A DNA stretch of 25,918 nt from a virus (lineage: Duplodnaviria > Caudoviricetes): positions 1 to 25,918 of IMG/VR virus record IMGVR_UViG_3300046096_000140. One strand, 5' to 3'. A program made the position numbers and the translations under genes. The number at the start of each line of letters is the position of its first letter. Position 1 is the first letter of the stretch. The notes below the pieces were generated by a model, which saw only the letters and a list, made by a program, of their open reading frames with translations, ran no database searches and was not told where the DNA came from. Below, piece after piece: positions 8,933-17,406 of the stretch.

Positions 8933-10218
8933 TTTGAAATTAAACTTTCTTTGTTTAGTTTAAGCGACATACTATGTCTTTCTCTGTCAAACGTATGATG
9001 TATCCCAGTAACCAAATATCGACCACTGAAAACTCGATCAGCAGTTGATAAAAACGTCGTATCGACTGACTCTCCATCGGGAATATGTCCAGAGAACATT
9101 ACGAACTCAACAACTTGTCCCGTCAAGATTCCCATTCTTCCGGGAACGTCTATTTGGATAGTTTGTGACTGAATACTTGAAATTTCAGTCAGACGTTTTC
9201 TAAACCAAACATCTGAACTATCATCAACCATGCCATTAAAACTTGAACTTGGAGTGACCTTTGTTCTAAAAACAGAATTGAGTTTGCGAACAGCGTTGTT
9301 TGTTCCAAGAGGAGATTTGTTTAACCTATTGTATTCTTTAAATGAATCAGTGAAGTCATATAAGTCGTACAGATACTCTTTCTTGAATGGATCAACTCTT
9401 AGAGTCCGAGCACCAAGAGCACCAGAACTAACTCGATTGATGTAGTCAAACGTATCATCTACCCACATATTTTCAACAATCGACTGTCGGTTATCGAATG
9501 AGGTGTCTCCAAGTATGTTTGACACTTCAGACACATTTCTTGTCTTTGGGTTGATTGTAAAAAAGTAAGTTGCTGATGCTGGCTTATCGACCAAGTTGTC
9601 AATTGCATCAAAAACAAAATAGTCCATGTTTTCAAAAAATACAAATGACGGAGAACGCTGCTTCTTTGAAATGGCCCTCTCCATGATGTACCTAATGTTT
9701 TGACTTGGTGACCAATAGTTTGAGATGTATGAAATGTTACCAACAGACTCTCCGAGAACAAGAGTCTTTTCTGTCATGAGTGAACCAGTTTTGCTTAAAA
9801 TGGATTTTACCAAGTCACTTGGGTTTCCAGAAAAAGATTTAGGTATCTTTATATTCATGTCAGCAAGACACTCAAGAGACAAGCACTTTAGAGTATAGAC
9901 AAATCCTCGGTCAGAGATTTGCTCTCTATCTGAGAGTTTATACAAAAAGCACGTATACGTATTCAGTCCACCGACGTTAGCCTGATCTCTTAGGTCTATC
10001 GTGATAAGTTCTTCTCCAATGATTGGAAGTTTGTCGATCAGTCCGATATTGTCCATGATGGAAATATCAAGAGACATGAAAGGAGACGAGATGCTTTCAT
10101 ATACATCAATTTTCACCATAAGGTCAGTTATGTCTACCGGAGACTCACTGCTGAAACTATGGAGATGGATGTAATTTAAAAGATACCCACCAATTTGTGT
10201 TGTTTTTTCGGTACTCAT
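8929..10218 (-). CDS. Baseplate hub protein (gp27-like/contractile tail hub)
   Basis: I.VYESI..P.....I.I.D...L...LPIIGEE, FVFFE, VPG...G, SGRYLVT.I.H motifs; lies between gp53 and gp5. Confidence 0.75.
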   Translation of the reverse strand: MSTEKTTQIGGYLLNYIHLHSFSSESPVDITDLMVKIDVYESISSPFMSLDISIMDNIGLIDKLPIIGEELITIDLRDQANVGGLNTYTCFLYKLSDREQISDRGFVYTLKCLSLECLADMNIKIPKSFSGNPSDLVKSILSKTGSLMTEKTLVLGESVGNISYISNYWSPSQNIRYIMERAISKKQRSPSFVFFENMDYFVFDAIDNLVDKPASATYFFTINPKTRNVSEVSNILGDTSFDNRQSIVENMWVDDTFDYINRVSSGALGARTLRVDPFKKEYLYDLYDFTDSFKEYNRLNKSPLGTNNAVRKLNSVFRTKVTPSSSFNGMVDDSSDVWFRKRLTEISSIQSQTIQIDVPGRMGILTGQVVEFVMFSGHIPDGESVDTTFLSTADRVFSGRYLVTGIHHTFDRERHSMSLKLNKESLISK

Positions 10219-10703
10219 GTAGAAATTGTGTTAATGTAGTTTCCAACAAATTCAGACAGAACTTCTTGTTTTAAAATCTTGATGTTTCTCTTTTTTTCAT
10301 TCTCTGAAATTTCATACTCAAGATTCGTGACTATAATCTTTTCGGTATTGAATTCATCTGTCGGTCTACCATATAGAGGTTCGATGTAGTGATGAACGCC
10401 AAGAATATCGGTATATTTTTTCTGACAGTATTTTCTAAGAATCTTATCAGACTTTGGAAAATCTTCATATGGGTCAAATTTTTCATTCAGAAGCATTATA
10501 ACCCAATGATATGCAGTTGTCCCATAAAATTTATACGAAATCATCTCTGGGGTTTCATTGTCTGCAATCCGATAGTCCGTGAAAAACATTGGTTCATTTT
10601 TTAACTTTGGGTCAAGTCTCACCACTCTAATTATGTCCTGAACAGCAACGCTCTCTGTCTTCGATATTTTGTACGGTATGACTGGAAAATTCTTAAAAAG
10701 CAT
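10215..10703 (-). CDS. gp53: Baseplate wedge protein gp53
   Basis: LFKNFP.I.Y, ETPEMISYKFYG...YHWVIMLLN..DP, HHY, EYE...NE.KR.IK.L motifs. Confidence 0.93.
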   Translation of the reverse strand: MLFKNFPVIPYKISKTESVAVQDIIRVVRLDPKLKNEPMFFTDYRIADNETPEMISYKFYGTTAYHWVIMLLNEKFDPYEDFPKSDKILRKYCQKKYTDILGVHHYIEPLYGRPTDEFNTEKIIVTNLEYEISENEKKRNIKILKQEVLSEFVGNYINTIST

Positions 10704-11858
10704 CAGAAGCCCTTCCTGACTCTATCTTGAGTCAATGTCTCGATTTCTTTGAACCGAAGAGACATATTGGTAATGATTGGTTCACCATTCTCCAAAGACT
10801 GAAAAGTTCCTTGTGAGCCATAATTTACACTGATTGACTCAAGAACACAACTTGAAATTTTGTTCAATGATGTGTTCTCTTTTTCTGCTCCGGTAGAATC
10901 AATAAACCCATACTGAATGTCAAATTCTGCTGGGTACAAATACAAAAACTGACCGTATCCCTTCAGAACCTCGGGATGAGAGTATAACTTGAATGCATAT
11001 ATGATGTCTTTCACCATCAGTGCCTCAACGCTGTCATTTGGTGCAAACTGAAACTCAAACTGAAAAGACCTATTGCCCATTGATTTAAACAACAAGTCTT
11101 TCTTTGGGTTATATGCCGTTCTTGATAGAGTTGAGACTGTGTTATTGCTTGATGCAGCCAAAATTCTACCAAGGTTCTTTGTAACAGCCATTGGAGAATC
11201 CATTGCTTGTTGAACTGCTCCAGCTAAGTCAGAGTTTGCCAATCGAGCCAACTTGTCTTCTGATATATCATAATTGGCATAGTGACTCGTTGAAATTGAT
11301 GCTGGCGCATATAGAGTTATGGACGACTCCAATCTCTTTTGACAGCTTCAAAGTTTCTGTTATCGTATTCCCAAACGCAGCAGTACCTGCTGCTCCAACT
11401 GCTCCACCAACTCCGGCAGCAACTGCCTGATATTTTCCAGCAAACAGGTGCTTTGCTGCAGCCGCTGCTGTCATACCACCCAATACAATGCTTGCTGCCT
11501 TTGCGTTCGCATTTACTGTTTCAACTGACCCAGTGTTAGTTCGGTTCTGATCCTGATAGTCTACCGGCCTATCCGTAAAAGACACATTTTTTTGAGTAAT
11601 CAATGATGATTCTTCATCTAAATTTATAAAAAATCGAACAAAATGGTTGTTCAATGGTTTTATTGGATACTTTAGAGAAGAATTTATTCTTCGATCTTGG
11701 TCAGTAACAGTTGAAGCCGCTTCAACTGTTGGTTCTTTTGGCGTATTGTCAGCAATTGTGTTTATTACCGTAACGGCATTAACAACACCATCATCACCTG
11801 GAGCAGATTCAAACCCAGCAACATTCCCATTTGAATCAAAAATTACATTGTTTGCCAT
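10703..11858 (-). CDS. gp48: Baseplate tail-tube cap gp48, split by a frameshift at ~11330-11347 into ORFs 11268-11858 and 10703-11332
   Basis: N-terminal part has LKYP...HFVRFFIN. C-terminal part has ITLYAP, NP...LLFK....RSF.F.F.FAP, YPAEFDI.Y, CVL..I.VNY, L.FKE.E.LT. Confidence 0.85.
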
Positions 11859-11877
11859 AAATTCTTCCTTTTCTTGA

Positions 11878-11893
11878 CTACTTATCTAAGTAG
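11878..11893. promoter_or_regulatory. Palindrome CTACTTA-tc-TAAGTAG between divergent gp48 and gp4; candidate bidirectional late promoter
   Basis: TAAGTAG is present on both strands in a 38 bp intergenic gap and resembles T4 TATAAATA. Confidence 0.45.
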
Positions 11894-11896
11894 CTG

Positions 11897-12337
11897 ATGA
11901 CAAAATACCGCCAAGGCATATTCAAGCCAAAGAACACATCAAAATACAAAGGTGACCCAACAAACATCGTTTATCGGTCATCATGGGAAAGGATTGTCTT
12001 TTCGTATCTCGATCAACATTCAAACTGTATTGGTTGGTCGTCCGAAGAAACTATCATTCCGTATCGCTCTCCCGTTGATGGAAAAATTCACCGATACTTC
12101 GTTGATATAAAAGCAACATTCAAGACAAACAATACCGCAAAAACTTTTCTGATTGAGATCAAGCCGTTTGCACAAACACAACCACCAACCAGTAAGAACA
12201 AAAGAGTTCTATTGGAAGCAACAGCAACTTATGCTGTCAATCAAGCCAAATGGGATGCAGCAAGGAAACTTTGTAAAGAGTCTGGATATGAATTCATGAT
12301 TCTGACAGAGTATGAGATAGGTCTCAAAAAGCGTTAA
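11897..12337 (+). CDS. gp4: Head completion protein gp4 (TnsA-like nuclease fold)
   Basis: G.FKPKN..KYKGDPTNIVYRSSWE, WSSEE..IPY.SP.D...HRYFVD, EIKP..QT, NQAKW..A. Confidence 0.95.
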   Translation: MTKYRQGIFKPKNTSKYKGDPTNIVYRSSWERIVFSYLDQHSNCIGWSSEETIIPYRSPVDGKIHRYFVDIKATFKTNNTAKTFLIEIKPFAQTQPPTSKNKRVLLEATATYAVNQAKWDAARKLCKESGYEFMILTEYEIGLKKR

Positions 12338-12416
12338 AACGGCCTACAAGGCCATCAAAACGATTTGGTAAGGGGTCAGGTAGTACAACCAACTATAACG
12401 TCTTATAGAGCCTTTA

Positions 12417-12716
12417 AAAATTATTTTGAGCGAGGGCTTGACAAGGAAGTCGTGATGTGATACACTCAACCTTATGTGGAAGATTGTACAATAATATATT
12501 CAAAAATTAGTGTACGGGCCGTAGGCCCATAAATCCCTATGGGGGATTTATATAAGAATATAATTATATACTAATTTTAGAATCCTTAGAGGATTCTAGG
12601 CCTACGGCCATTGTTTAATTATTCAAAAATTAGTGTACATTTATACAATCTTCCACATAAGGTTGAGTGTATCACGAAACTCATTCGTTGTCAATACCTC
12701 CGCGCAAAATAATTTT
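12417..12716. repeat. Large inverted-repeat element with two convergent sigma70 promoters and nested repeats
   Basis: Perfect 32 bp arms 12457-12488/12644-12675; outer arms 12417-12432/12701-12716 (1 mismatch); each arm carries TTGACA-N17-TACACT. Confidence 0.9.
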
Positions 12717-12718
12717 GC

Positions 12719-12747
12719 TTGACATGCTCTGAAAGCTGTGTCACACT
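12719..12747 (+). promoter_or_regulatory. Sigma70-type promoter, probably leaderless
   Basis: TTGACA-N17-CACACT, 6 nt before ATG 12754. Confidence 0.55.
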
Positions 12748-12753
12748 ACGAAA

Positions 12754-13242
12754 ATGAACATACAAGAATCATATAACTTAAAAGTTTTGCTTGAAACTTT
12801 AGACAAGCCATACTCACTCACAGACATAACAGATAAGAACGACCACATAGTTCAACATCTACGGTCAGTTGATGGAGCAACGGACATCAAACTTCAGGCA
12901 GTTGATGTTCACCCAGAACAAACATTCATATCCTACTTGAAAGATGGAGCATATGAAATTCACCATCACGTTTCAAGAGATGCTGGTCAATTCAATGGAA
13001 AGAACATTTCAAAAACAACGCCATCTAAATTTGTCTCAACGGTTTTTGATTTCGTTAAAAGTAAAGTTGATGATGGACATCCTGTCAGAATCATTTCTGC
13101 TGATTCGCATTTTAACGTATATCATCGGCTATCAAAAATAATTTCCAACAAACATGGATTTTCGGTAACTGACGGAACAAAAGATTCTGATGGAAACAAC
13201 GTCTTTACTATCTCAAAAGAGAAATTTAGTTATGGAACATAA
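12754..13242 (+). CDS. Hypothetical protein
   Basis: 162 aa ORF following a promoter. Confidence 0.75.
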   Translation: MNIQESYNLKVLLETLDKPYSLTDITDKNDHIVQHLRSVDGATDIKLQAVDVHPEQTFISYLKDGAYEIHHHVSRDAGQFNGKNISKTTPSKFVSTVFDFVKSKVDDGHPVRIISADSHFNVYHRLSKIISNKHGFSVTDGTKDSDGNNVFTISKEKFSYGT

Positions 13243-13702
13243 TCAATTTTTGAATCAAGTCTTTTTGGCATCTCTTTCTATCAGATATGAGACTACCAAG
13301 ATTGAACATGAGATTTCAGACAAACATGTCGAAGATGGCTTCAGTGAAGTCAATGTTTTTGAATGTAAGGATACGTCATATCAAATTTTTGTTGGTAAGC
13401 GCGGATATTTCAATGAATTTTTTGTTGTTCAAGATGGCGCAGAGGTAAACACATTGAATGACCCAAAACTGGTTGCAACTGTTATTGAAATCGTTCTCAC
13501 TCAAGGCCCAATGCGGGTTGTTGATACAATGGAGAACTCCATCACATGGAAGCATCTGTTCAACATCATTGCAACAGTAAAGCCGATCCACGTTGGATAT
13601 ACTGAGTGCTATGGGAATGGGTTCCATGTCTTTGTTGTTCAAAAACGACACCCATCACTTATTCCACTGAAAATCAACAAACCTCTAAAAATTGTGCTAT
13701 AA
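13232..13702 (+). CDS. Hypothetical protein
   Basis: Likely start MEHNQF at 13232, overlapping the upstream stop; the track start at 13190 is also possible. Confidence 0.7.
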   Translation: MEHNQFLNQVFLASLSIRYETTKIEHEISDKHVEDGFSEVNVFECKDTSYQIFVGKRGYFNEFFVVQDGAEVNTLNDPKLVATVIEIVLTQGPMRVVDTMENSITWKHLFNIIATVKPIHVGYTECYGNGFHVFVVQKRHPSLIPLKINKPLKIVL

Positions 13703-13776
13703 TTCAAACCTCTTTACTTGAGGAATAACCAATTTGAGCTACACGTTTCTGACAAATCATATCAAATTTCCATAAA

Positions 13777-15021
13777 ATGCCAACAATCCTTAAAGCTTAT
13801 AAGTACCGAGTCTATCCGACTCAAGTACAAGCTGAGTTCCTTGATAGGAACTTTGGAGCAGTGCGTTTTCTATGGAATCAATTTGTTTCATCGTTTAATA
13901 GCTATAACGTCGGTCCAGTCATACCGGAGAACGAGAAAATCCTGAAAGATAGGAATCTCTGGATGCATGACGTTATCTCGTATGCTCTCCAGCAAAAGAG
14001 GATGGACTGGTTTGAATTCAAGAAACAGTTCTTCAATAAGAAACGAAAAGTCAAGTTAGGTAGACCGTCATACAAGAAACGCAATGTTTCTAATGATTCT
14101 TTCCGGTTACCCGGAGCATGCATCGGATTCAATGCTGGAGTGAATTTCGCCAAAGGAACAATAAAGCTTCCTAAAATGACTCCGTTGAAAGTCGTTTATG
14201 ATCGACGTTTCTCGGGTCAACTTCGTTCAGTAACACTTTCAAAGAACAAATGCAATCAATATTTCGTTTCAATACTCGTTGAAACTGAAACTGAAACTGA
14301 AACTGAAACTGAAGTAAAACAAAATACTGGTCGCTCAATCGGTATTGATCTTGGTCTAAAGCATCTTTGTATCCTTTCAAACGGCATGAAGATTGATAAT
14401 CCAAGATGGTTTCGTAAAACTCAAACGAAACTCAAAAGAGCGCAGCAGCATCTTTCAAGGAAGACTAAAGGGTCTAACCGTAGAGAAAAACAACGATTGA
14501 AAGTAGCAAAGCTACATCAAAAAGTTGCAAATCAACGAAAAGACTTTCAGCATAACTTTTCGACATGGTTAGTAAACAACTATGATACAATCATTACTGA
14601 GGACTTAAACGTCAAAGGTATGGTCAAAAATCGTAAGTTGGCTAAGTCGATTAGTGATGCAAGTTGGTCAAGCATGGTCTCTATGATTTCTTATAAGTCA
14701 AACTGGTACGGTAGGTCATTTCATAAGATTGATCGTTGGTGTCCATCAAGTAAGACTTGTTCTCATTGCGGTCATAAAGAAAACAACATGGGATTGCAAA
14801 TTCGTGACTGGAAATGCCCAAGTTGTGGAACTGAACATGATCGTGACTTAAATGCTGCTTTAAACATACTCCATAAAGGTCTTGACGATCTTTATGGGGT
14901 TTCATCGGAAGAATTATCCGATTACAGACGTGGAGAAGGATTAAGACCCGAGGCGCTTGCGCCGAAGGCACCTTCATTGAACCGTCTAGTCAGTTTTATC
15001 GAATTTGATAGAACGACGTAA
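13777..15021 (+). CDS. tnpB: RNA-guided endonuclease TnpB (IS200/IS605 family), no adjacent tnpA
   Basis: KAYKYRVYPT..Q HTH, RuvC-I GIDLGLK, RuvC-II ITEDLNV, zinc finger SSKTCSHCG...CPSCG, RuvC-III HDRDLNAALNI. Confidence 0.96.
   Translation: MPTILKAYKYRVYPTQVQAEFLDRNFGAVRFLWNQFVSSFNSYNVGPVIPENEKILKDRNLWMHDVISYALQQKRMDWFEFKKQFFNKKRKVKLGRPSYKKRNVSNDSFRLPGACIGFNAGVNFAKGTIKLPKMTPLKVVYDRRFSGQLRSVTLSKNKCNQYFVSILVETETETETETEVKQNTGRSIGIDLGLKHLCILSNGMKIDNPRWFRKTQTKLKRAQQHLSRKTKGSNRREKQRLKVAKLHQKVANQRKDFQHNFSTWLVNNYDTIITEDLNVKGMVKNRKLAKSISDASWSSMVSMISYKSNWYGRSFHKIDRWCPSSKTCSHCGHKENNMGLQIRDWKCPSCGTEHDRDLNAALNILHKGLDDLYGVSSEELSDYRRGEGLRPEALAPKAPSLNRLVSFIEFDRTT
14281..14313 (+). repeat. (GAAACT)5 microsatellite in tnpB encoding ETETETETETE
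   Basis: Seen directly in sequence. Confidence 0.95.
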
Positions 15022-15066
15022 TTATTCAGACCAACCTATTCGGTTGCGAGTATAACCACTTGTAAT
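14895..15066 (+). ncRNA. Putative TnpB omega/reRNA and right end, overlapping the tnpB 3' end
   Basis: Hairpins TCGGA/TCCGA, GGCGC-tt-GCGCC, TTTTATCGA/TTGATAGAA, CAACC/GGTTG; TTCAG at 15025-15029 resembles an IS605 right-end cleavage motif; boundaries uncertain. Confidence 0.55.
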
Positions 15067-15075
15067 TGACGTGAA

Positions 15076-15273
15076 ATGACAATTTTAATTGCACATCACC
15101 CCGAGACAGATGATTTGGCTTTGTTTGAAAGTGATGGTGAGTTCTGGATTGGAGTCTATGACAAGTTTTTGACTCACCAAAATCCAGAACCATCATACAC
15201 ATGGATTTCAAATGCAACCAGTAAGGCTGATGGAATCCGAAAACTGTTTCAGTTGGACAAGAACACATGTTGA
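15076..15273 (+). CDS. Hypothetical protein
   Basis: 65 aa ORF overlapping the next gene. Confidence 0.65.
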   Translation: MTILIAHHPETDDLALFESDGEFWIGVYDKFLTHQNPEPSYTWISNATSKADGIRKLFQLDKNTC

Positions 15274-15431
15274 TTTTGTCTGTTATTGCTATTTGGTTTA
15301 TTGCCTCTGGGGTATGGTTCTATCAAAACAGAGGCAATAACTCCAGAAAAGACAAAAAGACTGATTGGATTTTCATCCCGCCAATTCTTTTAGTTGCCTT
15401 TGTTATTTCTCTGTTTAAGTTTCCGCAATGA
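15267..15431 (+). CDS. Small membrane protein (54 aa, two hydrophobic segments)
   Basis: Manual translation MLILSVIAIWFIASGVWFYQ...WIFIPPILLVAFVISLFKFPQ; ATGA overlap with 15428. Confidence 0.65.
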   Translation: MLILSVIAIWFIASGVWFYQNRGNNSRKDKKTDWIFIPPILLVAFVISLFKFPQ

Positions 15432-15610
15432 AGACTTCTGAACTACCAAAGGTCGGTCATGCCGGTTGGGCAAGATTTAAAGTCATGGGAGAGGGTGTGG
15501 TTATTGGGCAGAAACACTACTTCCGAGCCACTTTCTTTGGAATAATGGATCATTTCGTTGATTCAAACCACACAGTTTCGACAGAGATCGAATCCAATGA
15601 GAATTTCTGA
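15428..15610 (+). CDS. SDLP-family small protein 1 (MKTSELPK)
   Basis: Shared N-terminal motif; stop lies inside the next motif. Confidence 0.7.
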   Translation: MKTSELPKVGHAGWARFKVMGEGVVIGQKHYFRATFFGIMDHFVDSNHTVSTEIESNENF

Positions 15611-15761
15611 CCTTCCAAAGATTCACGAACATCATAGTATACTGCTGTTGTTCATTCAATGGTGGTGGCCTTATCCGTTACCACCGGGAGAGTGTGCTGT
15701 GACGAAAGCAGGTATCAATGAGTCAACTGTGAACTTGGTGAAAATCAATGAAGACATCTGA
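15597..15761 (+). CDS. SDLP-family small protein 2 (MRISDLPK)
   Basis: Start re-assigned to the motif ATG at 15597. Confidence 0.7.
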   Translation: MRISDLPKIHEHHSILLLFIQWWWPYPLPPGECAVTKAGINESTVNLVKINEDI

Positions 15762-15933
15762 TCTACCATTAATATCGCCGTATGACGGAATACAGGCATT
15801 TCCTACTTCTTGTCAATGGGTAGTTGTTTTCCCAATTGATTGGAAGAAAGTGAATACAATTTTCCATTCACTTCACAGTCTTCAAAAACCATTCTACCAA
15901 TTTGTACCACTTGGACGTTATGCAGACCTCTGA
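15748..15933 (+). CDS. SDLP-family small protein 3 (MKTSDLPL)
   Basis: Shared N-terminal motif. Confidence 0.7.
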   Translation: MKTSDLPLISPYDGIQAFPTSCQWVVVFPIDWKKVNTIFHSLHSLQKPFYQFVPLGRYADL

Positions 15934-16081
15934 ATTACCTCGACGGAAAGCCGGTTTTGATTGGGGATTTGACACACCTCACATGAAGGTTATGTTGACC
16001 ATCCAAATCGAATACATCTTTGAATTACACGATATGCAAAACAACATCAGGTTAACCCTGAGACAAATCAAATGCGAGTGA
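15920..16081 (+). CDS. SDLP-family small protein 4 (MQTSELPR, 53 aa)
   Basis: Manual translation; not in the ORF track. Confidence 0.7.
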   Translation: MQTSELPRRKAGFDWGFDTPHMKVMLTIQIEYIFELHDMQNNIRLTLRQIKCE

Positions 16082-16236
16082 ATGATCTACCAAGAATCGG
16101 TAGTCGATGGATCAAACCGTTTCAATTGGTTTTTCGTGTTGGTAGACCAACAGCGACAGTCTACTTCATGCGAGAATGTAGCAAAATGTATGCTGTAATC
16201 CATGAATCTCTAAAGAACGTCAAATATGAAAGTTAA
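16072..16236 (+). CDS. SDLP-family small protein 5 (MRVNDLPR, 54 aa)
   Basis: Manual translation; not in the ORF track. Confidence 0.7.
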   Translation: MRVNDLPRIGSRWIKPFQLVFRVGRPTATVYFMRECSKMYAVIHESLKNVKYES

Positions 16237-16771
16237 AATCTCAAACTACACCACTTGGTATGGCCCATACCAGATAGCAGGAATACTATTGTTCTGGATG
16301 GACAAAGAAGATGACCGGGTTCACAAGTTTGGTGAATGGCTATCCGAGACATTTCTCAATGACTTCTGTGAGTGGGTGCATTCTAAGAAGAAGCGAAAGA
16401 TTGATGTTCAGATTGATAACTTCGATACGTGGAACATGGATCATACTCTGGCGCATATCATCCTTCCGATGCTGAAGACAATCAAGGAGCAGAAGCAGGA
16501 TAGTCCATATACCGATGATAGTGATACACCAATCTGGCTCCACTCTACTCTACTCCCTGCAGAGGACGACTATCACACCGATGGACATTTCCATGCGCGG
16601 TGGGTATGGATTCTCGATGAGATGATCTGGACATTTGAACAGATTGTTTGTGACGATGAAGAAACGGAGATGATTCTGGCGGGTGATTGGAATAAACGAG
16701 ACCTCCATGAGAAACGAATCTCCAATGGTCTGAGGTTGTTTGGAAAATACTACCGGAGTTTGTGGACTTAA
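16226..16771 (+). CDS. Conserved phage hypothetical protein
   Basis: V.ID..DTWNMDHTLA.II.PML..W.WILDEMIW.F...G.RLFGKYY..LW pattern recalled from T4-like phages. Confidence 0.8.
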   Translation: MKVKISNYTTWYGPYQIAGILLFWMDKEDDRVHKFGEWLSETFLNDFCEWVHSKKKRKIDVQIDNFDTWNMDHTLAHIILPMLKTIKEQKQDSPYTDDSDTPIWLHSTLLPAEDDYHTDGHFHARWVWILDEMIWTFEQIVCDDEETEMILAGDWNKRDLHEKRISNGLRLFGKYYRSLWT

Positions 16772-16828
16772 TTGACTACAGTTGATTTTCTGTGATACAA
16801 TAGAACCATCAACAGGAACTACATCATG
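16772..16828 (+). promoter_or_regulatory. Repeated early promoter+RBS cassette, copy 1
   Basis: TTGACTACAGTTGATTTTCTGTGATACAATAGAACCATC...AGGAACTACATCATG. Confidence 0.9.
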
Positions 16829-17056
16829 AAAATCCACAAGACTGTAGTCACGATTACCGTCAAAAACTCCATTGACGATACGTATCGTCTCGAAGAAGGC
16901 AACATTGAAGTGTGGTATGATCGTTCTGCTGGCGTCTGGATTGCTGCTGTGTTCAATTCCATCGGTGACCAGATTGGAGATGCAGAGTTTGCTGGGTCAA
17001 GGATACGGGCGTTCAACTCAATTGCCCGTTATCGTGACGACATCCGAGTCATCTGA
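16826..17056 (+). CDS. Hypothetical protein
   Basis: Starts at the cassette ATG with an AGGA RBS. Confidence 0.8.
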   Translation: MKIHKTVVTITVKNSIDDTYRLEEGNIEVWYDRSAGVWIAAVFNSIGDQIGDAEFAGSRIRAFNSIARYRDDIRVI

Positions 17057-17070
17057 AAGGAACATACATA

Positions 17071-17403
17071 ATGAACAAAACAATCAAAGTTAAAGTTAAG
17101 CATCAAGGTGATGCCGTTGTTGGCGAAGAAGGATACATGGCTATCCGTGGCGAAAACGTCGTTGCTTTCTATTTGGATGGATGGGGTAAAACTGGTCGTG
17201 CATACTGCGAAGCATCTTCTTGTTCGTTGATGATCAACGGTATACAAAAAATGTATCCATCAATGCTGATCTCTGATGGCGATGATGAATCTGCTTGGTC
17301 TGAAATCTACTTCCCTGAATTTGAAGGATGGGACGTTCATTCTGTCAATGGTGGCAAGACCATGAGTGTTTGCTTGATTAAACCTGAATCTTTCAAGGAG
17401 TAA
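17071..17403 (+). CDS. Hypothetical protein
   Basis: AAGGAA RBS; 110 aa. Confidence 0.8.
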   Translation: MNKTIKVKVKHQGDAVVGEEGYMAIRGENVVAFYLDGWGKTGRAYCEASSCSLMINGIQKMYPSMLISDGDDESAWSEIYFPEFEGWDVHSVNGGKTMSVCLIKPESFKE

Positions 17404-17406
17404 ATT

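Noticed and set aside
1188-11877. Many short plus-strand ORFs in the core module, and minus-strand ORFs in the accessory region
   Set aside because: They overlap recognisable genes antisense or out of frame and show no motifs or RBS.
11897-12337. Tn7 TnsA transposase
   Set aside because: Motifs and context match T4 head completion gp4, which shares the fold; no other Tn7 genes are present.
15428-16236. SDLP arrays as CRISPR arrays or integron cassettes
   Set aside because: Repeats are degenerate with synonymous-codon variation, spacers are 130-190 bp open frames, and there are no cas genes, attC-like palindromes or integrase in the window.
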